Assembly: GCA_964521235.1 (NCBI GenBank)
Contig: CAZFRH010000002.1
Coordinates: 10,025 to 74,024 of the forward strand
DNA: 64,000 bases
DNA from: an uncultured Gammaproteobacteria bacterium
Lineage (GTDB): Bacteria > Patescibacteriota > Patescibacteriia > 2-12-FULL-60-25
Direction: 5' to 3'
In this document: in pieces, positions 8,837-17,981 of the stretch
Position numbering within the stretch: position 1 is the stretch's first letter
Layout: each line of letters opens with the position of its first letter
Translations under genes and position numbers: made by a program
Notes under the pieces: generated by a model
The model's database searches: none
Told to the model about the DNA's origin: nothing
The model's input: only the letters and a program-made list of their open reading frames with translations

Positions 8837-9933
8837 AGGCTGTGGCGTTTTTGGACGGCGGCTTCGATCTGCGTTTTGAGGTTGGTGACGAAGATGGGTT
8901 TGGCGAATTGGGAGGCGCGGGCGCGGACGGCGGTGGGTTTGTAGCGGCTCGGGTCAAAACGGATGACGGCATTGCCGATGTCTTCCCAGCACTGCACATC
9001 AAAAAAGTGCCCGGTCTCGCCGTCGAGGACCGTTTCGCGTGCGCCGCCGGCACCAAAAGCGATGACCGGCTTGCCGGCTGCCATGGCTTCAACCGCCGTA
9101 ATCCCAAAATCCTCCAGTTGCGGATGGAGAAAGGCGATAGCCTCATGGTAGAGCTGGATTTTTGTTTCGTCGTCCACATGTCCCAGGAATTCTGTTTTGG
9201 CTCCGGCCCTGGATTTTAACCGCGTGAGTTCTGGCCCGGTCCCAAATACTTTAAGCGGCAGGTTGAGCTTGGCGAACGCCTGCACGACCAGGTCAAACCG
9301 TTTCCAGGGGACGAGGCGTCCGCCGGTCAGCCAGTAGCGGCCGGCGTGGTCAGACAAGGGGATGCGTTCGATGTCGACGGGTGGCGGCAAGATGGTCGCA
9401 TCGCGGTGGTAGTAGCGGTGGATGCGGGCGCGTGAGGTTTGGCTGTTGGTCAGGAGGACGTCTGGGCGGTTGGCGGCCATCTCATCCCATTGGCGGAGGC
9501 GGTGGAGGAAGGGTGGCAGCAAGCGTTTGATGAAGCGCGGGTGGGGGAGTTCCTCGACGTATCCGTGGCGTTCTTGCCAGAGAAAGCGCGTCGGCGTGTG
9601 CAGGTAGCAGACGTGGGTGGCTTCTGGGGCAGCGATCGCGCCTTTGGCAAAGCTGGAACAGGAGGAGAGGACGAGGTCAAAACCACCCAAGTCAAAACCC
9701 TCTACCGCTTCTGGCATGAAAGGCAGGTACCACTGGTAGTGCTTTTTTGCGAACGGGAGGCGGTTCAAGTCGGACGGGCGGATGTCCGCGTCGCGGAAAT
9801 TTGGATGGGTGTGCTCGGGGTTCCAGAAGAGCGTAAAAATCGGTGCGCGGGGGTAGAGCTCGTGCATGGCGAGGAGCACGCGTTCGGCTCCGCCGTCTTG
9901 GATCAAATAATCGTGGACCAGCGCGATTTTCAT
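8833..9933 (-). CDS. Glycosyltransferase family 4 (GT-B)
   Basis: MKIALVHDYLIQDGGAERV... and EDFGITAVEAMAAGKPVIAF. The start was moved to the ATG at 9933, which is preceded by AAGGTGG. Confidence 0.85.
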   Translation of the reverse strand: MKIALVHDYLIQDGGAERVLLAMHELYPRAPIFTLFWNPEHTHPNFRDADIRPSDLNRLPFAKKHYQWYLPFMPEAVEGFDLGGFDLVLSSCSSFAKGAIAAPEATHVCYLHTPTRFLWQERHGYVEELPHPRFIKRLLPPFLHRLRQWDEMAANRPDVLLTNSQTSRARIHRYYHRDATILPPPVDIERIPLSDHAGRYWLTGGRLVPWKRFDLVVQAFAKLNLPLKVFGTGPELTRLKSRAGAKTEFLGHVDDETKIQLYHEAIAFLHPQLEDFGITAVEAMAAGKPVIAFGAGGARETVLDGETGHFFDVQCWEDIGNAVIRFDPSRYKPTAVRARASQFAKPIFVTNLKTQIEAAVQKRHSL

Positions 9934-9962
9934 CACGCCCCACCTTAGCAAAGTGTCACGCC

Positions 9963-11381
9963 TTATGCACCCTGCTCAACGCCGCGATGCGTCAAGATGG
10001 CCATGGGGGTCCGAAAGAGGATCCAGAGGTCGCGCCACAAAGACCAATGTTCGATGTACCACAGGTCGAGGTTGACCTCATCATCAAAGCTTAAATCAGA
10101 GCGTCCGGAGATTTGGGCGAGGCCCGTGATCCCGGGCTTGATGGCGAGGACGCGGCGCTGGTGTGGTTCGTAGTTGGCGACTTCCTCTGGCAAATGCGGA
10201 CGGGGGCCGACCAGGCTCATGCGTCCAAAGAACACGAGAAAAAATTCCGGGAGCTCATCAATGGACCAGGTGCGGATAAAACGGCCGACGGGCGTCACGC
10301 GCGGGTCGTTCTTGATTTTGACCAAGGGCCCTTTGCGCGTGTCGAGGTGGGCGAGCGCGGTATAGCGTTGCGAATGGACGTTGTGGTACATCGAACGGAA
10401 TTTGAAGTAGCGGAACGGACGACCGTGTTCACCGACACGTTGTACCGGGGAACCGTTTTCAAGACGGCTGAACAAGATCGGTCCGCGTGAGGTGAGTTTG
10501 ATGGCGATCGCGGTCACGATCATGATGGGCGACGTCAGGATGATCAGGATTCCGGACACGACCAGGTCAAACAACCGTTTGGCGATGCGGCCCCACCCGT
10601 CGAGCGGCGTGCGCTTGACTTCGATGACCGGGACGCCACCAGCCGTCGAGATTTCTACACGCTTGAAGGCGCCAGCAAACAGGTCAGCAAGGTAGCGGAA
10701 CTCTAGGTGGTGTTGTTCGGTGAGCGCGATCAGGTCAAGTTCTTGTTCTTTGGTCGCATCCGGATCAGCGAGGACGAGGCCATCGAGCTTGCCCCGTTTT
10801 TGGAGCGAGAGGACGTCTTTTTTTGCTGCCTCGTTCCACTCCTTATACGTTTTTACGACCGTGAACCCGATGATGGGGCGTTCGCGATAGACTTTGGCGA
10901 GTTCTTGTGCGGCGCGTCCGGAGCCGACAATGGCGATCTGCTTATGCCCCCGTCCGTTTTTGAGCATGGTGTGGCGGACGGCGCGGAGCAGCATGCGGAA
11001 GAGCGTGACAAAAAAAATGGCCAAGCCCCATACGGCCAAGACAACGAAACGGGAAGTCGTGAATTCCCGGCCAAAGAAGACGCTCGAGATCACGACCATG
11101 ATGCCCGCGGTGCAGGAGACGATGAGGCGGCCGAATTCGTCCCACGCGGGTCGGCGGCGCAAGGCGTACAGGCCAGCGAGCGCAAAGATCAGCATCCAGA
11201 CCCCGATGAAGATGCAGCTCGTCGCAAAATAGCTGGCGAACGGGATGTCGGTCAGGATCGGGCGGACGGAAATGAATGGTTTGGAAAAACGCAGGGCGTA
11301 CGCGGTCACGGCCGCGCACAAGAGGGCGAGGGCATCGAGTGGGATGAGGAGCGCAACAAAGGTCAACTCCGTCTTACGCAT
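9963..11381 (-). CDS. Polyprenyl-phosphate sugar-1-phosphate transferase (WbaP/EpsB-like initiating enzyme)
   Basis: Five N-terminal TM segments, a central linker and a C-terminal bacterial sugar transferase domain (KRLFDLVVS..PRPHLPEE..GITGLAQISGRSD). The start was set at the internal ATG (MRKTEL); the N-terminal extension in the track looks non-coding. Confidence 0.85.
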   Translation of the reverse strand: MRKTELTFVALLIPLDALALLCAAVTAYALRFSKPFISVRPILTDIPFASYFATSCIFIGVWMLIFALAGLYALRRRPAWDEFGRLIVSCTAGIMVVISSVFFGREFTTSRFVVLAVWGLAIFFVTLFRMLLRAVRHTMLKNGRGHKQIAIVGSGRAAQELAKVYRERPIIGFTVVKTYKEWNEAAKKDVLSLQKRGKLDGLVLADPDATKEQELDLIALTEQHHLEFRYLADLFAGAFKRVEISTAGGVPVIEVKRTPLDGWGRIAKRLFDLVVSGILIILTSPIMIVTAIAIKLTSRGPILFSRLENGSPVQRVGEHGRPFRYFKFRSMYHNVHSQRYTALAHLDTRKGPLVKIKNDPRVTPVGRFIRTWSIDELPEFFLVFFGRMSLVGPRPHLPEEVANYEPHQRRVLAIKPGITGLAQISGRSDLSFDDEVNLDLWYIEHWSLWRDLWILFRTPMAILTHRGVEQGA

Positions 11382-11481
11382 ACAATAGAGGATAGTGTAC
11401 CACGTAAAGACTCGCTCTGCTCGTCCACGTGGCACGCCAAAATGAGAAGGCCGCCTGACAAGATCAGGCGGCCAGGTTCTG

Positions 11482-11985
11482 TCACCGGATGAGCCCGTGA
11501 CGGAAGTAGGTATGGTAGACGAGGTAGCAATCGTGGAAGAGCTGTTCTTCGCCGTAGCCAACAGCAAGCGTTCCATGATCCTGATAGACGTAGCGGAAGG
11601 CGTCGAAGCGGTGGCCGTCGCGTGGCCATGCCCCTTCAGCATGGAAGCGGCGGTGTCGCCCTTTCAGAAAGGCGCGGACCACATTGGCTTCGGGAAGGGA
11701 GGATAGGTCCGTGATCCCGCCAAGGGAACTGGATGCCCAGATAGGTGTCCCTCCAAGGCTGACGAGCTCATGCTCGGTCATCCCCCGGTAGCCGATCGAC
11801 TGTGTGGTGTAGTGGAGGTTTGATGCCACTGGACTGTACGGCGTCTTCCTCCATTCCACCCACAGCGAGGATGTGACGTCGCGCCTCGCTGTCATGCGGC
11901 GCGCTTCCGCGAGGAAGGACGCCAGCTCTTCAGGGGTTGGCATGGGAAGGGCATGGTTTTTGGCGACGCGAGTTGCCCGGATCAT
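11482..11985 (-). CDS. Hypothetical protein, 167 aa
   Basis: Its ATG overlaps the stop of the upstream 146-aa gene as ATGA. No recognisable family. Confidence 0.5.
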   Translation of the reverse strand: MIRATRVAKNHALPMPTPEELASFLAEARRMTARRDVTSSLWVEWRKTPYSPVASNLHYTTQSIGYRGMTEHELVSLGGTPIWASSSLGGITDLSSLPEANVVRAFLKGRHRRFHAEGAWPRDGHRFDAFRYVYQDHGTLAVGYGEEQLFHDCYLVYHTYFRHGLIR

Positions 11986-12422
11986 AGTGTCTCCGATGCT
12001 GGTGCAATGAAGGCTGCCAAGTGTGCGGCACGGAGGGCTATGATCGGGTCGTCGCCGTGGCCGCGTAACGAGATGGTGGTGGTCCCGGAGACGGAGCTCG
12101 CCTTGATCTCCGCCAAGAACTGTCCGGTCGGCGACCGCGCATACCGTACCTGTACGCGATAGGGGACGTATCCCCACCGATAGAGGCGGCAAAACCGGTA
12201 CAAGGTCAGGTGGCTGAGCGCGATATAGGCGGCATCCAGGCGCTCCGTATGGCAGGTCTCTTCCCTTTCGCGGGCAAAGGAGCAGACGAGCAGGTTGGGG
12301 TCGACCTCGTAGACGCTCACCCCGGCTCCCGGGATGAATGATGCCGGGGGCGTTTGGGGGCGCTGGGAAGCGAATGCTGTTAGGAGTGTCAGGATGAGAA
12401 TGTGCAGGATTCCGAAGAACAT
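11982..12422 (-). CDS. Small secreted hypothetical protein, 146 aa
   Basis: ATG preceded by AGGAGG. Signal-like N-terminus MFFGILHILILTLLTAFA. Confidence 0.55.
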   Translation of the reverse strand: MFFGILHILILTLLTAFASQRPQTPPASFIPGAGVSVYEVDPNLLVCSFAREREETCHTERLDAAYIALSHLTLYRFCRLYRWGYVPYRVQVRYARSPTGQFLAEIKASSVSGTTTISLRGHGDDPIIALRAAHLAAFIAPASETL

Positions 12423-12509
12423 TGGGTCCTCCTGGACTAACCTTTGCTGGTTTTGCCCCGGTCGTCAACCGATATTTTCCGACGCACGAAGACGTGGCAT
12501 ACTAGGGGC

Positions 12510-13451
12510 ATGCCCCCCTTGTCTAAGCACCTGCGCACCTTTTTGGAGTATTTGGAGGTCGATAAAGGCCGTTCCGCCCTCACGGTCAGGAATTACGATT
12601 TTTATTTGCGCCGTTTTATTGAGTGGGCCAAGGACCCTGACCCGGCGGCGATCGACCAGGAGCTCTTACATGACTACCGCTTGCACCTGAACCGTTTGGA
12701 GAACAACCGTGACGGGTCATTGAAAAAGAGTACGCAGAACTACCATCTGATCGCCCTCCGTTCTTTTCTGAAGTTTCTAGCCAAGCGCGACATTAAGACG
12801 GTGGCGCCAGAAAAGATCGAGCTTGCGAAGCAAGGGACGCGGGAAGTCTCGTTTTTGGACGCGACGGATTTGGAGCGCCTGCTCGCCGCGCCAGACACGC
12901 TCGACCTTGCGCCGATCGTGAAGGCGCGTGACAAGGCGATCCTTGAGCTCTTTTTTTCATCCGGGATGCGCGTGTCAGAACTGGCGAGCTTAAAGCGCGA
13001 CCAATTGAATTTGAAGCGTGATGAATTTTCGGTGCGCGGCAAAGGCGATAAGGTGCGCGTGGTCTTTTTGTCGCACCAGGCGAAGCACGCACTGCAAATC
13101 TATTTTGACTTGCGCAAGGATGATTCGCCGTACGCCTTTATCCGCCACGACCGTGCGGCGGACAAGCGGAAGTCAGAAGAAAAAAAGCAGGGGCCGATCA
13201 CCTCGCGTTCCATTGAGCGGTTGGTGCGGATGTATGCGGCCGCGGCCGGCATCGTCAAAAAAGTTTCTCCGCATACGCTGCGCCACTCGTTTGCGACGGA
13301 CCTGCTTATGAACGGCGCTGACTTGCGCAGCGTCCAGGCCATGCTCGGGCACTCTTCCATCACGACCACGCAAATTTATACCCACGTCACCAACCAACAG
13401 TTGCGTGACGTCCACCAAGCTTTCCACGCCAAACGGCGCGATGACGTATGA
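12510..13451 (+). CDS. Tyrosine recombinase, XerC/XerD family
   Basis: N-terminal SAM-like domain (LRTFLEYLEVDKGRSALTVRNY) and catalytic region RHSFATDLLMNGADLRSVQAMLGHSSITTTQIYTHV. The start was set at the ATG at 12510. Confidence 0.9.
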   Translation: MPPLSKHLRTFLEYLEVDKGRSALTVRNYDFYLRRFIEWAKDPDPAAIDQELLHDYRLHLNRLENNRDGSLKKSTQNYHLIALRSFLKFLAKRDIKTVAPEKIELAKQGTREVSFLDATDLERLLAAPDTLDLAPIVKARDKAILELFFSSGMRVSELASLKRDQLNLKRDEFSVRGKGDKVRVVFLSHQAKHALQIYFDLRKDDSPYAFIRHDRAADKRKSEEKKQGPITSRSIERLVRMYAAAAGIVKKVSPHTLRHSFATDLLMNGADLRSVQAMLGHSSITTTQIYTHVTNQQLRDVHQAFHAKRRDDV

Positions 13452-13993
13452 CCTCCAAACACCCTGATATCGCCATCAACCTCTTGCCGGTGCGCGATTT
13501 GATCGAACGGCACTCCAAAGACCGCGAGCCGATCATCCGAGCGGCGATTAAGGAACGCGAACTTTTGTTTGCCTTGACCGGGGGCGTGCGCGACACCATG
13601 CGCTGGCAGGTTTGGTCAGCGGTGAAGGCGATCGTGGGGATCAGCCTGATCCTGTTCATCGCGATCTGGACGGTGGGCCAGGTCGCGGCGTTCGCTTCCT
13701 GGGTGCAAGACGTACAAAGGACGGAGTTGGTGTTGCCCGTTCCCTTTTCAAACGGAGCGCGTCTCGCGATCGGGCACCTGGTCCCGACTTCGACGGTCAT
13801 TGCCGCCGCCTCTCGCTTGCCGGCGTTTGGTGGAAACGACGCCTTTGCGATTGCGGCCATTGCCGCGGTCCTGGTCGCGCTCGAGCGGTTGGCGGTGGCC
13901 TTTTTCGCTTGGCGGCGCGTGCGCGTCTTGAAGACCGCGCACCGTCACTTGAGAGGTGAGATCAAAGAGCTCAAGTCTTGGCTTACGCCTTGA
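13448..13993 (+). CDS. Hypothetical membrane protein
   Basis: 181 aa with an ATGA overlap on the recombinase stop and 2-3 hydrophobic segments. Confidence 0.55.
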   Translation: MTSKHPDIAINLLPVRDLIERHSKDREPIIRAAIKERELLFALTGGVRDTMRWQVWSAVKAIVGISLILFIAIWTVGQVAAFASWVQDVQRTELVLPVPFSNGARLAIGHLVPTSTVIAAASRLPAFGGNDAFAIAAIAAVLVALERLAVAFFAWRRVRVLKTAHRHLRGEIKELKSWLTP

Positions 13994-14020
13994 TGTGTGG
14001 TAGAGAGTGCCACAGCCCAA

Positions 14021-14095
14021 GCCCCTGTCGTCCAACGGATAAGACGCCGGACTTCTAAGCCGGACATGTAGGTTCGATTCCTACCGGGGGCACCA
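14021..14095 (+). tRNA. tRNA-Arg (anticodon TCT), CCA encoded
   Basis: Manual cloverleaf: acceptor GCCCCTG/CGGGGGC, T-arm GTAGG-TTCGATT-CCTAC, anticodon loop CTTCTAA. The 31-39 position is an A.G mismatch. Confidence 0.85.
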
Positions 14096-14129
14096 CGTAA
14101 AAACGACAGCAAGCGCTGTCGTTTTTACG
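14096..14129 (+). terminator. Perfect 15-bp hairpin immediately after tRNA-Arg
   Basis: CGTAAAAACGACAGC-AAGC-GCTGTCGTTTTTACG. The U-run lies within the 3' arm. Confidence 0.6.
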
Positions 14130-14213
14130 TGCCCCGTGACACGTAAAGATGCTCAGCATCCACGTGTTTTACGGGGCTCTGTTTCGCTGTCGTTCACGTG
14201 GCACGGCCATAAC

Positions 14214-14240
14214 AAAACCCCGCAACACAGGCGGGGTTTT
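14214..14240 (-). terminator. Intrinsic terminator downstream of the DUF378 gene
   Basis: AAAACCCCGC-N7-GCGGGGTTTT with T-runs on both strands. Confidence 0.7.
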
Positions 14241-14259
14241 GTGAAAAGAAAAAACGGGA

Positions 14260-14481
14260 TTATTTCCCGTCCTTCATGCAGCACTTGTCGCCGAAGAGCA
14301 TGGCGACGGCGGAGACGCCGACGAGCACGTACACGACGCGTTCCACCAAGGCCCATTGCCCAAGGAGCATGTTGACCAGGTTGAGGTTGAACAACCCGAC
14401 CAAGCCCCAATTCAACGCACCGACGAGCACGAGCACCCACGCAATTTTGTGCAAGGTGCACATTTTTTGGCCCATCATCAT
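14260..14481 (-). CDS. DUF378 family small membrane protein
   Basis: 73 aa: HKIAWVLVLVGALNWGLVGLFNLNLV...VYVLVGVSA. This is the typical two-TM DUF378 pattern. Confidence 0.8.
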   Translation of the reverse strand: MMMGQKMCTLHKIAWVLVLVGALNWGLVGLFNLNLVNMLLGQWALVERVVYVLVGVSAVAMLFGDKCCMKDGK

Positions 14482-14635
14482 ATGGAGAAGACTATGACGA
14501 AAAGAATTAATGCTGAAATGATAGCACGTCCTGACTTAGGTGGCGAACGGGGTGTGGGTAAGCGGGTTTGCGTTTTTTACGGTTTTCGCGGAAGCTGGCC
14601 ACGCTGAAACATCAATCCATACGCAGGAGGTCTTG

Positions 14636-15382
14636 ATGATACAGCGAGCTAAAGCGGAGTTGTTGTCCATCTTGGTTCAGACGCCGGGGGTGTTCACCTT
14701 CTTCCCGCCGGGCCAGGAACGTCCCTTGGCCCACCAACGCAGCCAGCGGAAGCCGGACGTGATCTACGCCGGCTCTGTGCCAAGCCCGTACTTTTGCAAC
14801 CTGCGCCTCCCAACCAATGTGGGAGACAAGCAGGGAACCTTGACCGTCGAAGCCGTCGCGCTTGTTGGCGAGTGCCTCTCCGAGCTCGTCCATGCCGAGG
14901 GGCATGTCCGCACGATCGCCGGGATCCCGAATGCGGGGGACCCCTTAGCGGCGGCCGTCGTCGCAGCGTCCGGAGCGAACGGCTATCCGCTCGATCGAAT
15001 ACGCTTTTTGAAGCAGGATGGCCCACGGGGGACGGAGTTCGTCCGCGCGGAAGGACGTGAGGGGCTTGCTGTCGATGTCGTGGTCGATGACGTTATCACG
15101 CTTGCGGACACGAAGGTCCGCTTCCTGAAAGCGCTCGGCAAAAAGCCGGATGCCATCTGCCTCCTCCTCGACCGTGAAGAGGGCGGCGTCCTCATCCTGC
15201 AACGGATGGGATACCACGTCCGTGCGGCCTTCGGCCTCGAAGACATCCTAGCGGCATGCCTCGCCGCATCGCTCATCACGCAGGAGCACGTCGACCGTAC
15301 GCGTGCGTACGCAAAAGACCGCCGCGAGCTCGTGAACCTTTACATGGAGGAGATCCTTGCCGACCTACAAGGAGACCTCTGA
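14636..15382 (+). CDS. Type I phosphoribosyltransferase, PyrE-like
   Basis: ATG preceded by AGGAGG. PRPP-binding loop VDVVVDDVITLADTK and an SPYF.NLR motif resembling orotate PRTases. Confidence 0.6.
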   Translation: MIQRAKAELLSILVQTPGVFTFFPPGQERPLAHQRSQRKPDVIYAGSVPSPYFCNLRLPTNVGDKQGTLTVEAVALVGECLSELVHAEGHVRTIAGIPNAGDPLAAAVVAASGANGYPLDRIRFLKQDGPRGTEFVRAEGREGLAVDVVVDDVITLADTKVRFLKALGKKPDAICLLLDREEGGVLILQRMGYHVRAAFGLEDILAACLAASLITQEHVDRTRAYAKDRRELVNLYMEEILADLQGDL

Positions 15383-15512
15383 CCACTTTTTTCTTTCTCT
15401 GGAGGACTTGCCACGCGGCAGGTCCTCTTTCGTGTTTTTGCCCGCAGCCTTTGCATCAATCCTTGAATGGGCATACTGTAGAAGTATTCATTCACTTAGC
15501 TTCTTTACGCAT

Positions 15513-15758
15513 ATGTCTTTGCTTTGGTTCCTTATCATCGGTGCGCTCGCGGGTTGGATTGCCGGGGAGCTGACAAAGGGCCATGGGTTTGGCCTTGTCT
15601 GGAACATCATCATCGGCCTGATCGGCGCGGTGATCGGTGGGTATCTTTTTGGCCTGCTCGGCATCGCCTCTTATGGCCTGCTCGGCAACCTGGTCATGGC
15701 GGTCATCGGCGCGATCATCCTGTTGTTCTTGGCCTCGTTGGTTCAAAAACGGACATAG
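15513..15758 (+). CDS. GlsB/YeaQ/YmgE family (transglycosylase-associated) membrane protein
   Basis: 81 aa: MSLLWFLIIGALAGWIAGELTKGHGFGLVWNIIIGLIGAVIGGYLF. Confidence 0.85.
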   Translation: MSLLWFLIIGALAGWIAGELTKGHGFGLVWNIIIGLIGAVIGGYLFGLLGIASYGLLGNLVMAVIGAIILLFLASLVQKRT

Positions 15759-15776
15759 GAAAAAGAGGGACAATGT

Positions 15777-15804
15777 AAGCCCGCCGATTGATCTCGGCGG
15801 GCTT
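15777..15804. terminator. Hairpin between convergent genes
   Basis: AAGCCCGCCGA-TTGATC-TCGGCGGGCTT. Confidence 0.65.
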
Positions 15805-15823
15805 TAGATTTTGAGAAAGAGGG

Positions 15824-16039
15824 TCAGCCACGAGGGATGCGGCGGACGGGATGCGCTTCGACCAGCTCGCTCAAGGCAGCGTCGTAGCAGGCTTGGTGCG
15901 CCGGCTTGCCGTCGAGCGTCGGGATCTCGTTCGAGGGCGTGTCCGTGATGGGGAGGGAACAAGCGCCGCAGGTCGGCTTGTCCGTCAGCGTGAAGAGTGA
16001 CAGGTCGACGTTCGCGAATTCTTTGGCCGTGTAGGACAT
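15824..16039 (-). CDS. Small hypothetical protein, 71 aa
   Basis: ATG ORF with normal codon bias and three Cys residues. No family recognised. Confidence 0.45.
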   Translation of the reverse strand: MSYTAKEFANVDLSLFTLTDKPTCGACSLPITDTPSNEIPTLDGKPAHQACYDAALSELVEAHPVRRIPRG

Positions 16040-16079
16040 GGAACCTCCGTCGGAAAAGTAGTGTGAACGGGGGAAGGGG

Positions 16080-17909
16080 TCAAGGAACGTGCTTATTCGC
16101 TTTCAATAAAAACCTGACCAGACGAATTTCGTCGTAGGTATAGGATTCACCGAGGCGGGCGTGGACGGGGGCGAGCATGGTGGTGCCTGCTTGTTCGAAT
16201 GCTTCGGCGATGTGCTCGAAACGATCGATAGATGGAAAGATGACGTGCGATGCGTCCAAAGCCGTGTCTTGTTCCAGCGCTTGCTCCAAGTGCTGGAGGA
16301 TCGTGCCAAGGCTTAAGCCGCGTTCGTGTGCGATGTCTTCTGGTGTTTTTTTGTCTGCAAACAAGCGTGTCGTATTCAATATCGTGTCTGACAACGCGCG
16401 GACGGTGACGGTGCGGCGGAGCGTTTTAGGTGATGCGGTTGGACGCTCTTCTAAACCCTTTCCGCGAGCGTACGCAACCACATCGTCCAAAAAACGTTGT
16501 CCGTATTGTTTGAGCTTTTCTTTGCCGACGCCGAACATCCGGCCCATGCTGTCCATGGATTGCGGATAGCTACGTGCCATGTCTTGCAGCGCGCGGTCGC
16601 CGAAGATCATGTAGGGCGGGACGTGTTTGGCGGCGGCCAAGGTCCGACGGGTGGCACGCAGGGTCTCGAACAGTTCGCGGTCAAAGTCCTCGCTGGTCTT
16701 GGTTTCATGGATGCGTACCGCGCGCGGGGGCAGGCAGACGTCGCAGGCGCCGCAATTCGTTTCAGGGAACGTCTCGCCAAAGTACTGGAGCAGGTACTGA
16801 CGGCGACAGTGAGTGAGTTCGCAATACTGTTTGATATTTTGCAATTGTTGCCGCGCTCGTTGTTGCTCGCGGAAGTCTGTCATCTCGCGGATGAAGAACT
16901 CGTGCTTAAAGCAATCGCCGTTGGAAAAAAAGAGCAGGCAGTCGCTTGGCAAGCCGTCGCGTCCGGCGCGGCCGGTTTCTTGATAGTAGCCTTCGACGGA
17001 TTTGGGCATGTCCATGTGCACGACCAAGCGCACGTCCGGCTTATCAATCCCCATGCCAAAGGCGATCGTCGCGACAATGACCGGTACTTCGTCACGGATA
17101 AAACGTTCTTGGACACGGGTGCGTTCTGGGGCTGTCAGGCCGGCGTGGTAGACCGCAGCTTTGATGCCGTTCGCCCTCAAGTCTGCCGCCACCTTTTCCG
17201 TCCCTTTTCGGGAAAAGCAATAGACAATGATGGCTTCTTCTGGCCGTTCGCGGACTTCTTGCAGGAGTTGGTCGAAGGCGCGTTTTTTGGGTTGGACGCG
17301 GTACGTTAAATTTGCGCGGTTGAAACTGGATTGGAAGACGCGTCCTTTTTCGAGCGCCAGTTGTGCCACGATATCGTCGCGGACGCGGGCGTTCGCGGTT
17401 GCGGTTAGCGCCATGACAGGCGTGTCTGGAAAAAGGGAGCGCAGGTTTTTTAAATGGCGATAGTCCGGGCGAAAGTCATGACCCCATTCGGAGATGCAGT
17501 GCGCCTCGTCCACGGCAAGTAAGCTGATCTGGAGCTTTTTCAAGAATGCCTGCACGCCGGGCATGGAGAGGCGTTCGGGAGCGAGATAGAGCAGCTTGAG
17601 CTCTCTTCGTGTTGCCATTTCTTCTACCCGCGCCAGTTCGATCGCGCTAAGCGAGCTGTTCATGAAGGCAGCGGGGATGCCGTTGCCGCGTAACGCATCG
17701 ACCTGGTCTTTCATGAGGGCGATCAAGGGCGAGACGACGAGCGTCAGCCCTGGAAATTGGAGCGCCGGTAATTGGTAGCACAACGATTTGCCGCCGCCGG
17801 TCGGCATGAGCACGAGCGCGTCCTTGCCCGATAAGCAATGTTCAATCACTTCCGTCTGGAGCGGACGGAACTGCTCGTAGCCAAAGTGCTTTTTTAACAG
17901 CTCCAACAT
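16080..17909 (-). CDS. recQ: ATP-dependent DNA helicase RecQ
   Basis: 609 aa with MPTGGGKS, DEAHCISEWGHDFRP, a RecQ zinc-binding region (four Cys) and RQC/HRDC-like C-terminal domains. Confidence 0.95.
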   Translation of the reverse strand: MLELLKKHFGYEQFRPLQTEVIEHCLSGKDALVLMPTGGGKSLCYQLPALQFPGLTLVVSPLIALMKDQVDALRGNGIPAAFMNSSLSAIELARVEEMATRRELKLLYLAPERLSMPGVQAFLKKLQISLLAVDEAHCISEWGHDFRPDYRHLKNLRSLFPDTPVMALTATANARVRDDIVAQLALEKGRVFQSSFNRANLTYRVQPKKRAFDQLLQEVRERPEEAIIVYCFSRKGTEKVAADLRANGIKAAVYHAGLTAPERTRVQERFIRDEVPVIVATIAFGMGIDKPDVRLVVHMDMPKSVEGYYQETGRAGRDGLPSDCLLFFSNGDCFKHEFFIREMTDFREQQRARQQLQNIKQYCELTHCRRQYLLQYFGETFPETNCGACDVCLPPRAVRIHETKTSEDFDRELFETLRATRRTLAAAKHVPPYMIFGDRALQDMARSYPQSMDSMGRMFGVGKEKLKQYGQRFLDDVVAYARGKGLEERPTASPKTLRRTVTVRALSDTILNTTRLFADKKTPEDIAHERGLSLGTILQHLEQALEQDTALDASHVIFPSIDRFEHIAEAFEQAGTTMLAPVHARLGESYTYDEIRLVRFLLKANKHVP

Positions 17910-17981
17910 AGTGAAGGCCTACTATACACCGTTGTCAGGAAAAGAAGGGGGAGTCAAGGGTGTGCTAGACTGTCTTTCGTT

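Noticed and set aside
9963-11642. Full-length 559-aa version of the sugar transferase ORF.
   Set aside because: The first 87 residues are Ser/Thr/Pro/Arg-rich with no TM segment or RBS support. The conserved protein begins at the internal ATG (11381) with the first TM segment.
12510-14095. Tyrosine recombinase next to tRNA-Arg as the integrase of an integrated element.
   Set aside because: The protein has the size and motifs of chromosomal XerC/XerD. The flanks are GC-typical, and no duplication of the tRNA 3' end was found. Only a weak partial repeat of terminator sequence lies downstream.
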